From NCBI GenBank assembly GCA_002633005.1, contig NMRA01000407.1, positions 1 to 64,000 on the forward strand: 64,000 bases of DNA. Reading direction: 5' to 3'. A model generated the notes under the pieces. It was not told the DNA's origin and searched no databases. It saw only the letters and a list, made by a program, of their open reading frames with translations. The position numbers were made by a program, and so were the translations under genes. The stretch comes from Phoronis australis. Its lineage: Eukaryota; Animalia; Phoronida. Numbering within the stretch: position 1 is the stretch's first letter; every line of letters begins with the position of its first letter. Of this stretch, positions 1 to 12,832 are shown in pieces.

Positions 1-29
1 CCGTTGCCGTTGCCGTTGCCATCGGGTAA

Positions 30-880
30 CGTTTTGTATTAACCAAAGCGCATTTACAGGGTTTTGACGACAATCACATCGCCAGTCAACCACATGCATG
101 CTTTTTAGCATTATTTACAAGGGTGATTGTTTTGTTGGTACTCGATAGAATCATGGGTAGGAAGTGGACAACAAAGTTGATTGCAGAAATATTTAAGTAA
201 ATGTAAGAAAACAGCATCAAGTTTGGGCCATGTAAAACTCAAGCCTAAAATAAGGCATAGTGATAGATTTAACAAAAGTTAACTAATACTAAAACTATTT
301 CAAAATAAAAACCCTATTACCGCACGACTGCGTATTGTACGGACACAGTAACTTACTCGACATCGTACGTATTTTAGAAGGAATTATGATATCGGATTTA
401 TTCATACCACAGGCAAAGACTTTAAAATAGGTTAGTAGTTTGCTGTGTCCGTTGCCCGATATCCTGCTATGTATATTAAGCAATGTCATGGCTGTTCCGT
501 GATCTTTTTTGATAACTGTGTACAGAAACGTGTTATTGATATCGTCCAGTGGAATATCCTTCGTTTGACATTTATTTAGTAACCAACGCACATTTCGAAG
601 GTTTTGACGGCAATCACCTCGTGGTGAACCCAGAACGCCCAGTCCACCACATGCATGCTTTGTTCCAATATAAACCCAGGCGACTGTTTGGTTGATACTC
701 GATAGAAACATGTGGGTATGATGGGATTTGATAATTTTTATTGCATATATATTATGAGTAAATGTAAACAGCAGCAAAATTTGACCGTGTAAAACCCACG
801 CTTAAAATTAACATTGTGATAGATTGAACAAAAGTTAACCAATACTAACACTATTTTAAAATAAAAACCCTATTACAAAC
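30..880. repeat. Diverged ~560-590 bp tandem duplication (about 30-320 vs 580-880)
   Basis: Shared blocks 'gttttgacg.caatcac', 'cacatgcatgcttt', 'tactcgatagaa', 'gtgatagatt.aacaaaagttaac.aatactaa.actattt..aaataaaaaccctattac'. Confidence 0.75.
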
Positions 881-3800
881 TGCACGATCACGTGTGCGGA
901 ATGTAGAAGGAAACTTGAGATCGGATTCATTACCACATGCAATGACATTGGAAATTTCATTGAGGTGACATCAAAACAGGTAAATTCGTTGTCTTAGGGT
1001 CGATTTACAATAACGAGCCTCAAAACAGTACACGGAGTACCTTCAAATTTATAAAAAAGTTATAAAACGCTTGAACACATAAATATATGAGATATTGAAC
1101 ATGTCCAAATTCCCCCAGTCGGCGTGTGCTATGCATTGGAACACAGAAAGAGATAACCAACTGATTCTTGACAGGGAGACTACACATATGGTATTTTCTA
1201 ATTACTCAGAAGGCTTAAACATATAGTTTTCTCCGTTACCGTGAGATGTCACAGTCATCCATTATATGGTATCACCAAATGTTCCATCTATTGCACAGCC
1301 TTTAAATGTTCACCATATTGATAGAAGTACCTAACAATTAACTTTTAAAAAACATGCATAACAGTGCCCCCTTGATAGTGATATTCAAATTCATGTGGTA
1401 AACCATAGTGTCCACATACTGCAAGAAGTTTAAAAAGGCCGTCAACTGAGAGCAAGAACAGAACAGAACAAGATCATGGTCATACATATTATGATTGATG
1501 TATGCAGGAGATACTACACAGACGATTAAATAGTCATTCAAAAGTGATCTAAGTCCATCCATGTCCTGTTTGAAACTACTTCATGGAAGAGACAAAGCCT
1601 GTCGAAAGGATCCAAAAAGTTTCGCAATGGTCAGTGAGATGTTGCTTTTATTTACATTTTTAGTTTCCTGGTAGTAAAAGTGTGCTGCTCCCCTGCCAAT
1701 GACTTTGCATCACTAATTTCTGGTGTCATACATTGTCGAACTATGTAGCATTCCTTTCAGTCGGATTTGTGAACCTTTGGCTTGACAGGACCTTTTCAAA
1801 AAAAATCTAATTTGTTTTATCATAGGCGTTATAACACTTCAGAACCTTCAGAGTATCGAGCTGTGTCTTATATATGCTAATGCAGTATGAAACGTAAGCA
1901 ACGTTACTTTACTTCTTCCGTTTTGGATATCCGTAGGTCCAACGTATCGTGGGTATGGGTATGGCGTGTAAATAGATAAAAACGTGTATTAATAAAATGT
2001 ACAAACAGTCGACAAATCAATTGTTTTCAATACTGCTTCTGCTTGTGAAATCTGCAAAGGAATTCAATTAACACCATTCAGCATGTATTTTGGGGTCTTG
2101 AACGTACTTTGGGTTCAGTCATGCCGTTGTTTTAGTATGTTAGCGCTTGTATTAGTGTGTTACTGCAATTGTTAGTCGGGATTAGAAAGAACGCTAGCGT
2201 CTGCACAATTGTACCACCGAGACCTGCAACAAATGTCTAGTGTATAGATTTGATGGATGTATAGAGATCTATTCATTTGAAGTACATGTGCGTCATCACA
2301 TCCAAACACTAATACTTGAGTACAACCCAGAGTACAACAAAACTACAGTCAACTCCTAAGAACTATTACAATAATCTGCAAACTACATAGTTGTCACCGG
2401 TGGAAAGCTGTAAATGCAAGACCCAAATGTTATCAATAACATAATTTAATCACCACTATTGTCCTTGATGTATCTGGAAAGACAGCATCTCACAGCGTGC
2501 GATCTCACGGAATTGCAACTTACGGGTCTTTTTTACCTTTCCGTCTCCGGTTTTATTTTGTGTCGGTTATCGGTGACATCTTAGGTTCTCTTCCACTGAT
2601 AGGGAGGTCAAGGTGCTACTTGTTCAGGTCCTGTTTGATCCTAAAAAAGTCTCTATATTTCTCTCTCAGTTTGAATATTTAAATTCATCTCAGAAATAGC
2701 AGTTTACATTTTTGTAAAACATTGAAATACCAATATTTAAACGCAGTTCACAAAACGAAAATGAAGTGATCATATTTTAGAACATGAAGAGTATTTCCTA
2801 GATCACTTCTGGAAAATTTACCATTTATGTGAATTCGACGTTGTCATTGTGACCGCTGTTTTACTATCTGTCTTTTGCTAAATACTATGATTTTTGAGAG
2901 AATGTGAGCCGAAACCAAGAGATGCCTGAATGACTGGCGAGTAGATGTTTCACTTTACATTTCTATGTTAAACAAACTCGTATGCAGTCGAAACAAGTAA
3001 CTTCCAGGAGATTTACAGCTTAGCAGCAGCAAACCTTTTGTCTCTGGTGTCATTAGTGTAAGTGGTACTGCAGCACATTTCGTACCATGTCACTGTTCTC
3101 AGCGTCAGATCCTGCATGCTAATGGTATACCAGTCAGCCAAAGTCCAGTGGATCGACGAAAGGCCAAGTCGCTAAAAATGTACAATGAGGTTAAAAGGAA
3201 ATCAACAACTCCGAAGTAGTAAAACCTATACGTCCTCAAACGAAAACTAGAAATGAGGAAAGGTATGACCTAAGGTATAAATTCACGGTTTTTAAGTCTT
3301 CAAATTCGAAAATCAACACAAGTCCTAAACCCCATTAGTTCGAAAGTTAAAAGTTCAAACTTTCATGACACGAAGTTCCGAACGGCGATTTCGAGCAAAA
3401 TATTCGGTAATTTGGAAGCACATGCCTGTTTGACAATAGTTCTTCTTAGAGCCTGTGCCTCTGGAAAGGAGGCAAACAAAGTGGTTACCGCCACTAAAGT
3501 TTTGCTGTTCCGCAGCTGTTGAGGTTTCTGGTATCATAAATCTTGAAACCAGTTTTGATCTAACTAGCTTTCTTTTCTGTCGGAGTTGTGAACACTTGGC
3601 CAAATAGGGTCTTTTTAAAAACGTTTCATTTCCGTATCATTGGGTGTCAGGACTTGAGAACCTTCAGAGTGTAGGACTGCATCTTAAATATATAGTGGCA
3701 TTAAACGGAAACAACGTTAGTTCACCTACATAATTTTCGCCTTACATCATTCGTCATGCGTTTTGGTTATCCGAGGCTCACAGCGTATCGTTGAGCTACG

Positions 3801-4284
3801 GTTATACCGCGTAAATGGACAAAAACCTGTATTAATGAACTTTTCAAACAATCGACAAATCAACAGTTTTCAATTTGCCACTCGGAGATCAATTGAAATA
3901 TCCTCGTCTCTACGCCGATGGAAATCGGTCACGGGAACCATTGTTCATCTCCATCTGGTTGTGGCATCTCCAGGGGAATTCAGATAACACCATTCAGCAC
4001 GTATTTTGTGACCTTGAACGTTCATAGCTCTATCGTCCTTCGTGTAACGTGTAAGACAGCATCTCATGGCGCGCCCTCACGGAAGGTGCAACTTCAGAGA
4101 TTTTTTTACCTTTCTAATTACGGTATCATTTGAGTAGGTGGTTCTTCGATTCTCTGTCAGTAGTGGTGAGGTCATGGTTGCTCAAATCATGTATTATCTT
4201 TTGAATAACGTTCAAATTTCTCTAACTTTGAAGATTCGTATCAGAATAGCAGTTCAGATTTAGGTAAAATGTCAAATACCATGA

Positions 4285-5128
4285 TTTATACCACAATTTT
4301 AGCCTCGAATGGCAGATACAACCGTATTATAACCCATTCAGTTATCTCACTAGTGAGATAACATTTTGGCGGTAAAAAGAGTCCGATTCGAACCCGGGTC
4401 TCAAGAGTTTCGAGTCTCCGACTTTACCACTACACCAATCAGCGGCTGACGTTATCGCACGTGAAAAATAGAATACTTAAATGAGCACGCGCAACAATCG
4501 CATGTTCAGCAAAGGGCATTGCACTGACAATTGTACGCTATGAAAAATATAATACGCATAATTTTCCATAAAAACGATATTTTGGTTTAGTGAAATTTTT
4601 CTCTCGTGTTCTCTCACTTGTAAATCACCGATCTCCAATTTGAATGCAGGTGTCGTGTGGTCGGGATCCTTTATAGTCAGTTACCAGTGGTAACCTACTT
4701 TAGCACACGATATATTCCCGGTCGAAGCTTAGCGTGATAAAATGTGTAATAAGCTATAACAGTTGCTAAACCTTAATTTATAGATTCACTTTATTTCTAT
4801 TTTGTTTCATTTTTCAATTGGTTTTGAGTAAAAGCATTATTTTACAAAAAATATCTCGGCTTTTTTTTAAAGGTATCCACCTCCGACCCCGGGCCTCTGA
4901 CATAGAAAGTAGCAACAAAGCCGAGGCGAGTGGAGAAAGGTACATGTAGATCGATTCATTGCAATGTTTCTCGTTCAGTATGTGGTATAAACAGATTATT
5001 GCATGTTCTCAGTCGTTATCCCCCGTTATCTAGAGCCCGAGTGGATTTTGGAGAATTAGCGCCCGAAGGGCGTTAGCCCCGAGGGTGATAATTCTACAAA
5101 ATCCACTCGCCATGTAATAATCTATATC
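4285..5128. mobile_element. Non-autonomous DNA element (Crypton-like) with an embedded tRNA-like segment, inserted into the tandem array
   Basis: The array sequence 'aaataccatgattt|aaacaccgttca' is split here. Asymmetric inverted repeat tttataccaca (~4285) / tgtggtataaa (~4981). tRNA-like A/B boxes on the minus strand at ~4378-4440. Confidence 0.5.
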
Positions 5129-6013
5129 TAAACACCGTTCAAAAAACGAAAATGATGCGATCATATTAACTGTTTTTCTGTGATGACTTCTGAAACATTT
5201 ATTTTCACCGAATGAAATTCCACTGTGTGATTGATACCATTGTTTTAACATTAATGTGCTTTTGTTTTTTTTTTCTTAAATTTACATTTTTTTGCCCTGA
5301 AACTAGGTGTGAAACAGTGTTCATGAATAAAGGCAGATGTTGAATGACTCGCGAGTAAATTTTGAACTTCGCTTTTTCAAATCAAACAAGGATGGTTTCA
5401 GATGAACATTACTGGTCACATTCGTGTTAGTTGTCCGGGCCTACCTTGGGTATAGTCTATGCTTCAATTTAAAACTAGAAGTGAGAAAGTGTGTTTGCTG
5501 AAGGTATGAAATCACGGCTTTCATTTTTCCGAAGGTTTTTAAGTCCACAAATACACGCTTCTGGAAAAGATCCAAGCACAGTCCAGCACTGACCTTTCGC
5601 TTTCATTTACATTTCCAAACGTTGTTTTACCGCCACTAAAATTTTGCTGCTTCGCTGTCGTTGACTTTGAATAACCGGCTTCTGGTTTCGTGGCCTAATT
5701 TCAGAAAAACTAACTTTCTTGTCTGTCGGAATCGTGAACCTTGGGCCTGATAGGGCATTTTTAGAAACAGTTTCATTTCTAGTGTTATGGGAGTTTGGAC
5801 TTGAGAACCTTCAAAGTATCGAACTGCAGTTATTTATATTAATGCAGTATGAAACGCAACCAACGTTAGTTCACCTTCATAATTTTCATTCGAAATCCTT
5901 CTCCTGTTTTGGTTATCCGTGGGTCGCAGCACATCGTTGGGGTATGTGTATGGCTTGTACATAGACAAAAACGTGTATTTTACAAACAACCGACAACATC
6001 AAATTTTTCAAGT

Positions 6014-6920
6014 TGCCACCAAGAAGCACCACAGTAGTCAATTTCGTCAGAACAAGACCGTCGCCGACCTTTTTACAGTAAAAACATGTATGCCAATTTT
6101 TAAAATCATCCATAGAGCGGTTTGGTTGACACAGGGACGGACGACAAAAAGACTCGGAAACAGTAAAAAATAGCCGCTAGGTGCCGCAAAATACTCCCAA
6201 TCCATCCGGAAATGAAAGACAGGCACCATTTCACTAATATATGCCTATCTGCCAAATTTTATGAAAATCCGTCAGAGAAACTTTGAATATACAGACTTTA
6301 GGTAAACTTAAAAAACATTAAATTGCCACTAGGAGGCACACCGGTAGTCCAATCCGTCTTGAAATCATTGTCATCCGTTGTCAACTTAATATAAAGATAC
6401 TTGCTAAATTTAATAAAGATCTTGCAGAGCCATGGACTGGTCGCAAAATCAAAGGAAAATGCCACTAGGAGGTGTCACGGTAGTCGAAGTCGTCGGAAAG
6501 CCGTTGTCAGCTGCTTTCTTCACAGTAAGAACATATATGCCAATTTTCACAATCATCCTTAGAGTGGTTTGATTGATGGAGGGGTAGGCTCCAAAAATAT
6601 ATTCAAGGGCAGTAAAATTTGCCATTAGGTGTCATCCGAAGACGAGAGGATAGCGTCATCTTATTGGCCTATGAGCCAACTTAATCCGATGACCTTTGAA
6701 GAAACAGAAATAAACGAAAAAAATACCACCAGTAGGCGGATCCGTCCGAAATTCGTCGTCAACTGTCGACAGCCTTATAGAAGCACACATCTGCCAAATC
6801 TCATCAAGGTCCTGTGAGGATTTAAGAGATACAGCTGTGGACGCCGTATCCCGGACGCCCGGACAACCGGGCAGGCAGAGATGACAAACACTCACATATG
6901 AATATGCGGGCGAATAAAAA
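6014..6920 (+). mobile_element. Helentron-associated (HINE/pearl-like) element, 5'-truncated, with ~140-bp internal repeats
   Basis: Internal repeats with 'gccactaggaggc' and 'ccaaattttatgaaaatcc', a GGAC-type tract 'ggacgccgtatcccggacgcccggac', and a 3' end 'gcgggcgaataaaaa'. The array sequence resumes at 6921. Confidence 0.6.
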
Positions 6921-9900
6921 CGTCTATATTTCTCTAACTTTAAAGTTTCGTATCAGAAATAGCTGTTCAAATTTATGTAAAATTTCAATTCTATGATATA
7001 AATACCTTTTACAAAATGAAAATGAGATGCTCATATTTTAGAGCACTAACCGTATTTCACATCTGGATCATTTTCTTTAAATGAAATTCGGTCCTGTTGT
7101 TAATGCCGGTGCGCTTCTTGTTTTTTGTGCTAAATTCTATGGTTTTTGAGAAACTGTGCCCTGACATCAGGTGTGAAACAGTGTACATCAATAAAAACAG
7201 ATGCTTGAATGACTGGCGACTAAATTTTTCATTTCGCTTTTCCAAATCAAAGAAGTGTCGGTCATATTTTGATGACTCACAGGAGTGCAAACGTTTATTA
7301 AAAACCAGAAGATTCAATGATATTTACAAGTGAACGGAACCTTGATACCATCTCATGGTTCACGCCCTCAAAAAAAGAGGCAATTTTTGGGATTTCTTAC
7401 CTTTTCGACTCTGGTGTCATTTTAAAGTGATGGTTCAATGCTATCTTTGGTTCGTTGACAGTGAGGGCCAGGCCAAGGTTCTGCTAGTTAAGATCCTGTA
7501 TGACCCTAGAAAAACTCCAGAAATAGCAGTTCAGATTTAGGCAAATCTTTCAAATGCTGTGATTTAAACTCCGTTCACGAAACAAAAATGAAACGATCAT
7601 ATTTTATGACATCAACGGTGTCTCTGAGATCACATCTCGAAACTTTTCACCAAATAAACTTCGATTAAGTTACTGAAACCGTTGTTAATCTAGCAATTTG
7701 ATATGGCCTTTTTTTAAAAACGTTTTTGTTTAACGTATTACGGGTACGGATTTGACGACATTCAACATATTGAGCTGTACACTATTTATAGTAAATGCAA
7801 TATGAAACGCAAGCAATGATAGTTTACCATCATAAGTTGCACCTTAAATCTTTTGGAATTGTTTTGGTTATCCGAGGGTCATGGGGGTATTGTTGGGGCT
7901 TGGGTGTGGCGTGTAAATAGACAAAACATGCATTGATAAAACTTACAAATAATCGAAAAATCGACTTTTTTCAATTAACCACACGCACATCTATTGAAAA
8001 GACCTTGTCCTTGTCAAACTGTTTTAGAACTAATAAGCTTTTTCTCAAAATTGTGAACCTTCGGCCTAATAGAACCCTTTTAAAATGTTTTCATTTGTTG
8101 TATTATGGGTAGGGATTTGAGAACGTTCAAGGTATTGAACTGTAGACACTGCAGTATGAAACCCAAGTAACGATACTTTAGCTTTATAATTTTCGTCTTA
8201 AATCTTTCTTCTTTCGTTTTGGTTAAACGAAGGTTATCTTTGGGTATGGGTATGGCGTGTAAATAGGAAAAAAGTGTATTGATAAAATTTACAAACAATC
8301 GACCTATCAATTGCTTTCAATTTGCCGTATGCACATCAATTGAAAAATCTTTCTCCCTACACCGGCAGGAATCGACCACGGGAAGCACTGCTCAGCTTCA
8401 TCTTGCTTCTGCATCGGCACAGGGATTCAAATATTCCATTCAGCATGGCTTTTGCGACCTTGAGCGCCATTTAGATTAACTTGTGGTGTATGTCTTCGTA
8501 TTTTAGGGCTTGTGTTTGTATGTTAGTGCCTTATTGGGCGGGATTGGAAAGTGCGTTAGAAAAGTAACAAACCTCTAGTCCAAGCGAATGGTAATACCAT
8601 TGATAAATGGGCAGATCTGTCCATGGATTAAAAGTGTGTCATCACGGCCTAAGCTTTTATACCTTAGAAGAACCCATCTTGCAATTAAAAACCAGCCAAC
8701 ACTTAAAATATTTTACAGCGACCTGGAAACCACACAGTTGTCACACGTGCAGAACTGTAACTGCACCTATCAGCAAGTCCAAAACGTTTTAATAACGAAA
8801 TTTAAACGCCTTTATAGTCTTTTGTATTTTGGATAAGATAGCATCTTATGGCGCACGTCCTGATGGAAGAGATAATTTCCGGGATTTTTGATTTTTCTGA
8901 CTTTGGTGTCGTTTTGAGTTGGTGGTTCAGCGACTTCTTTAGTCCGTTGCCAGTGGTGACGAGGTCAAGATCCTTCTAGTTCAGATCCTGCATGACCCTA
9001 GAAAAAGCGTCTACATTACTCTTGATTAAAAGGTTGCTATCTCAGAAATAGCAGTTCAGATTTATGTAAAACGTTCACATACTATGATTTAAACGTCTTT
9101 CACAAAACGAAAGTGCAATAATCACAACTTAGAACATCAACATTGTTTCTGAGATCACTTCTCGAAACTTTTCATCATATGATTTTCGATCATGTTTTGA
9201 CACGGTTGTTTAATTAACAATGGGTCTTCGGTTTTTGCTAGCTTTAATGGTTTTTATGAGAACATGCCTTGAAACTAGATGTGAGTCATTGTGCATTAAT
9301 AGACATATGCCTGAATGACTGGCTAGTAGATTTTACACTTCCCTTTCCCATATCGAAATAATGTCGGTCATGTTTTGATGACACACAGGAGAACAAACGT
9401 GTAGTAAAACCTAGAAGCTTCTATGATGTTTACAAGTTAACGGAACCTTGACTCTTGGGCAATTCATGTCAGTGGTCCTGCAGCACTTTTGGTACATTGT
9501 CATTGCTCGCAATGTCAGACCTCGCATGTTAATGGTTTACTGGTCAGTCAAAGTCAAATAGTTCGACGAAAGGCCAAGTACCTAAAAGACCTAAAATAAT
9601 GATAAAAGGAAGACAACCCCTTGGAAACAATGAAATCCTATGATCTGAACTGAAAACTACAAGTGAGAAAAAGTGTGGGGTAAAGTTATGAAATGTCGGT
9701 ATTCCTTGTTTTCAAAGACAAGCAAGTAAATAAATCCATCAATATCCACACAAGCCCGAAAGACTATTAGTTCGAAAACAAAAGATTCGAATTTTCATGT
9801 CACGAGGAATTTTGAACAGAGATTTAGAACAAAATGTTTGGAGAGTTGTAATCACGTGGCTCCTTAAAACGAATTCTTCGAACAGCCAGTGCCTTGGTAA

Positions 9901-10274
9901 AGTACCCAAACAACGTTTGGCAATGTGCACTGAACTGTCGCTTTTACATTAATTTTCAAGTTTTGGTTTTCCGCCTCTAAAATGTTGCCGCTCCTTTGTC
10001 ATTAACTTTCAATCACTGACTTCTCGTCTCTCAGATCGTCGAATTATTTTCGCACTAATAAGCTTTTTGTCGAATTCGTGAACATTCAGGCTGATAGGGA
10101 TTTTTCCAATGAATTTTCATTTGTTGTATTATGGCCACTGATTTGAAAACCTTCAAGGTATTGAGCTGTGCACTGCAGTATGAAACCCAAGTAACGATAC
10201 TTTACCTTGAATAATTTTCGTCTTAAATCTTTCTTCTTTCGTTTTGATTTAACGAAGGTCGCAGGTTATCTTTG

Positions 10275-10306
<32 letters not shown>

Positions 10307-10489
10307 CGTGTAAATAGACGAAAACATACCTGTTGCCTCTGGTGTGATTCTTGTCAGTGGTCCTACAGAAATTTTGGTATACTGTCACTGTTCCCAATGT
10401 CAGATCTGTCGTGTTGATGGTGTACTAGTCAGCTAATGTCAAATAGTTTGACGAAAGGCCAAGTATCTAAAAGGCATAGAATAATGTTA

Positions 10490-10640
10490 TCAAATAGATG
10501 TTGAAATGCCGCACAGTTACCGACGGATAAGAATATAAAATAGTAAAACTAAAACGACGAGCGTCGGTACTAGAATATATTAAAATATCCCCACGTTTCG
10601 AACGATGAGCTCTTTGTCAAGGGTGTGCTACAGAGTGTAC
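10490..10640 (-). mobile_element. Short Penelope-like (pLTR) insertion with a minimal hammerhead-like core
   Basis: Flanked by the direct repeat aataatgtta (10480-10489 / 10641-10650). The minus strand reads ccc-TTGACAA-a-GAGC tcatc GTTC-GAAA-CG-TG-ggg. Confidence 0.6.
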
Positions 10641-11989
10641 AATAATGTTAAAAGGAAGTCAACCCCCTATAAAAAAATGAAATGATATAATCTGAATTGA
10701 AAATTTCAAGTAAAAAAAGTGTGGGCCAAAATTATGAAATCCAAAGGTTTGCAAGTAAACAAATCCATCAATTCAAATATCCTTGCAAGTCCGAGAGACC
10801 ATTAGTTCGAAAGCTAAAAATTCGAAATTTCATGTTACAAGGTTCTGAACAGTGATTTCGAATAAAATGTTTGGAGATTTGTAAGCACGTGTCTCCCTGG
10901 AACCAATTCTTCCAAGAGCCAGTGCCTTGGTAAAGCATCGAAACAAAGTTTGACACAGTGCACTGAACTGTCGCTTTTATTGACATTTTCAACTTTTGGA
11001 ATACAGCCACTAAAATTTTGTTGCTCCTCTGTCGTTGAAGTTTGAATCACTGGCTTCTGATCTCTTTAATTGTCGAAGTGTTTTCGAACTAATAAGCTTT
11101 TTGTCGAGTTTGTGAACCTGCGGCCCGATAGGGCTTTTTGTAAACATTTTCGTTTGTCGTATAATGGGCACAGATTTGAAAACCTTAATGGGACTGAGCT
11201 TCACCCTATTTAATGCAGTATGAAACCCAAGCAACAATTGTTTACCTTCATAGTTTTCGTCTGAAGAACTGCTTCGTCCGTTTTGGTTATTCGAGGATCT
11301 CAGCGTATTGCTGGGGTATGGGTACTGCGTGTAAACACACAAAACGAGTATTGAAAAAATTTACAAAGAATCGCCAAATCAACTGTTTTCAATTTCTCAC
11401 ACGCGGATCAATTGAAAATCCTTCGTCTAGTCCAAGCGAATGAAACTACAATTGATAGATGGACAGATCTACAGTCTATCTATTGGAATAAATGAGCGTC
11501 ATCACGGCCAAAGCATTGATATATGAGGACAACCCAGAGTAAGTACAACAAATATACAGCTAACACTAGAAATATATGTCAATGACCTGGACAGCACAGT
11601 GTTGTAACAGGTGGAGAACTGTAACTGCACGTGACAGCCAGTCCAAAATGTTATCAATAATGAAAGTAACGCACCTCAGTCGTACCTTGTGTATCGGATA
11701 AGACAGCATCTCATGACGTACACCCTCAAGGAAGAGGCAATTTCCTGGATTTTTTACTTTTCCTATTTTGGTGTCATTACATGGTGACGGTTCAGTGACA
11801 TTTTGTTTGCGGCCAGTGGTGGCAAGGACAGCGTCCTGCTACTTCGGATGCTGCGTGGCCCTAGAAAGTGTCCACATTTCTCTAATTTTAAAGGTTGATA
11901 TCTTAGAAATAGCAGTTCAGATTTTTGTAAAATCTCCCATGTTAATGGTATACTGGTCCTCCAGTAGTTTGTCGAAAGAACAAGTCCCT

Positions 11990-12832
11990 AAACAAGAGCA
12001 ACGCGGAGCGTTTAAATGCGCCCACGAATGCATCGCAAATGGTGTTCTTTTAGGGTTATTTATTTGTATCATAAAAATGGCCACTAGATGGCGCAAAAAC
12101 GTACAATCCATCCAAAAACGGGAACATGCCATATTTCATAAAAATCTGTCAAGGAACTTCAGAGAAACAAAGGAAAACAGAATAACATGAAATTGCCATT
12201 TGTGGGCACAGCGTTCGTTGGATTCCCCTGAAAGTCGTCGTCTGTTGTTATCTTCATATAAATACACTTACTGAATTTAATAAAGATCCTGAAGTGGGTT
12301 TAGGAGATATAGCTATGGGCGCAAAACAAAACATAACTACCACTAAGAGGCGCCACACTAGTCAGTTGCCATCATCAAACGTCCTCTTCGCACTGAAAAC
12401 ATATACGCCAATTTTCAAAGCTATCCCTAGAATGATTTCGTTGATAGTGGGGTGGACGCCAAAAACAAGATTTGAAAACACCAAAACATGACCACTAGGT
12501 GGCGCAAACTACGTCGAATACATCTGAAAATGGAAGGTTAGCCTCATTTCACTGATAGGTGCCTATGTAACAATTTTATGAAAATCCGTTCAGGACTTTT
12601 GAAGTTACAGAGGTAAACGTAAAAAACTAAAATTACCACTAGGGGTCACACCAATAGTCGTATCCGCCTGAATGTTCGCTCATGCCGTCCCATCTACGGA
12701 AGAAACACATGTGCAAAACTTCCTGAACGTACGTCCAGGTGTTTTTGAGCAGACGCCGGACGACGTACTCCGAACGGATGGACGGAGATGACGGCATAAT
12801 GAGTCCACATATAAATACGTTTGCGCATAAAA
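11990..12832 (+). mobile_element. Helentron-associated (HINE/pearl-like) element, apparently complete, with CTCF-like motif repeats
   Basis: Starts aaacaagagc..., has the same internal repeats as 6014-6920, a 'gacggatggacgga'-type tract, and ends 'gcgcataaaaa'. It is inserted in an A-run that splits the array sequence 'caagt.cctaaa|a.ctataat', with no TSD. Confidence 0.65.
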
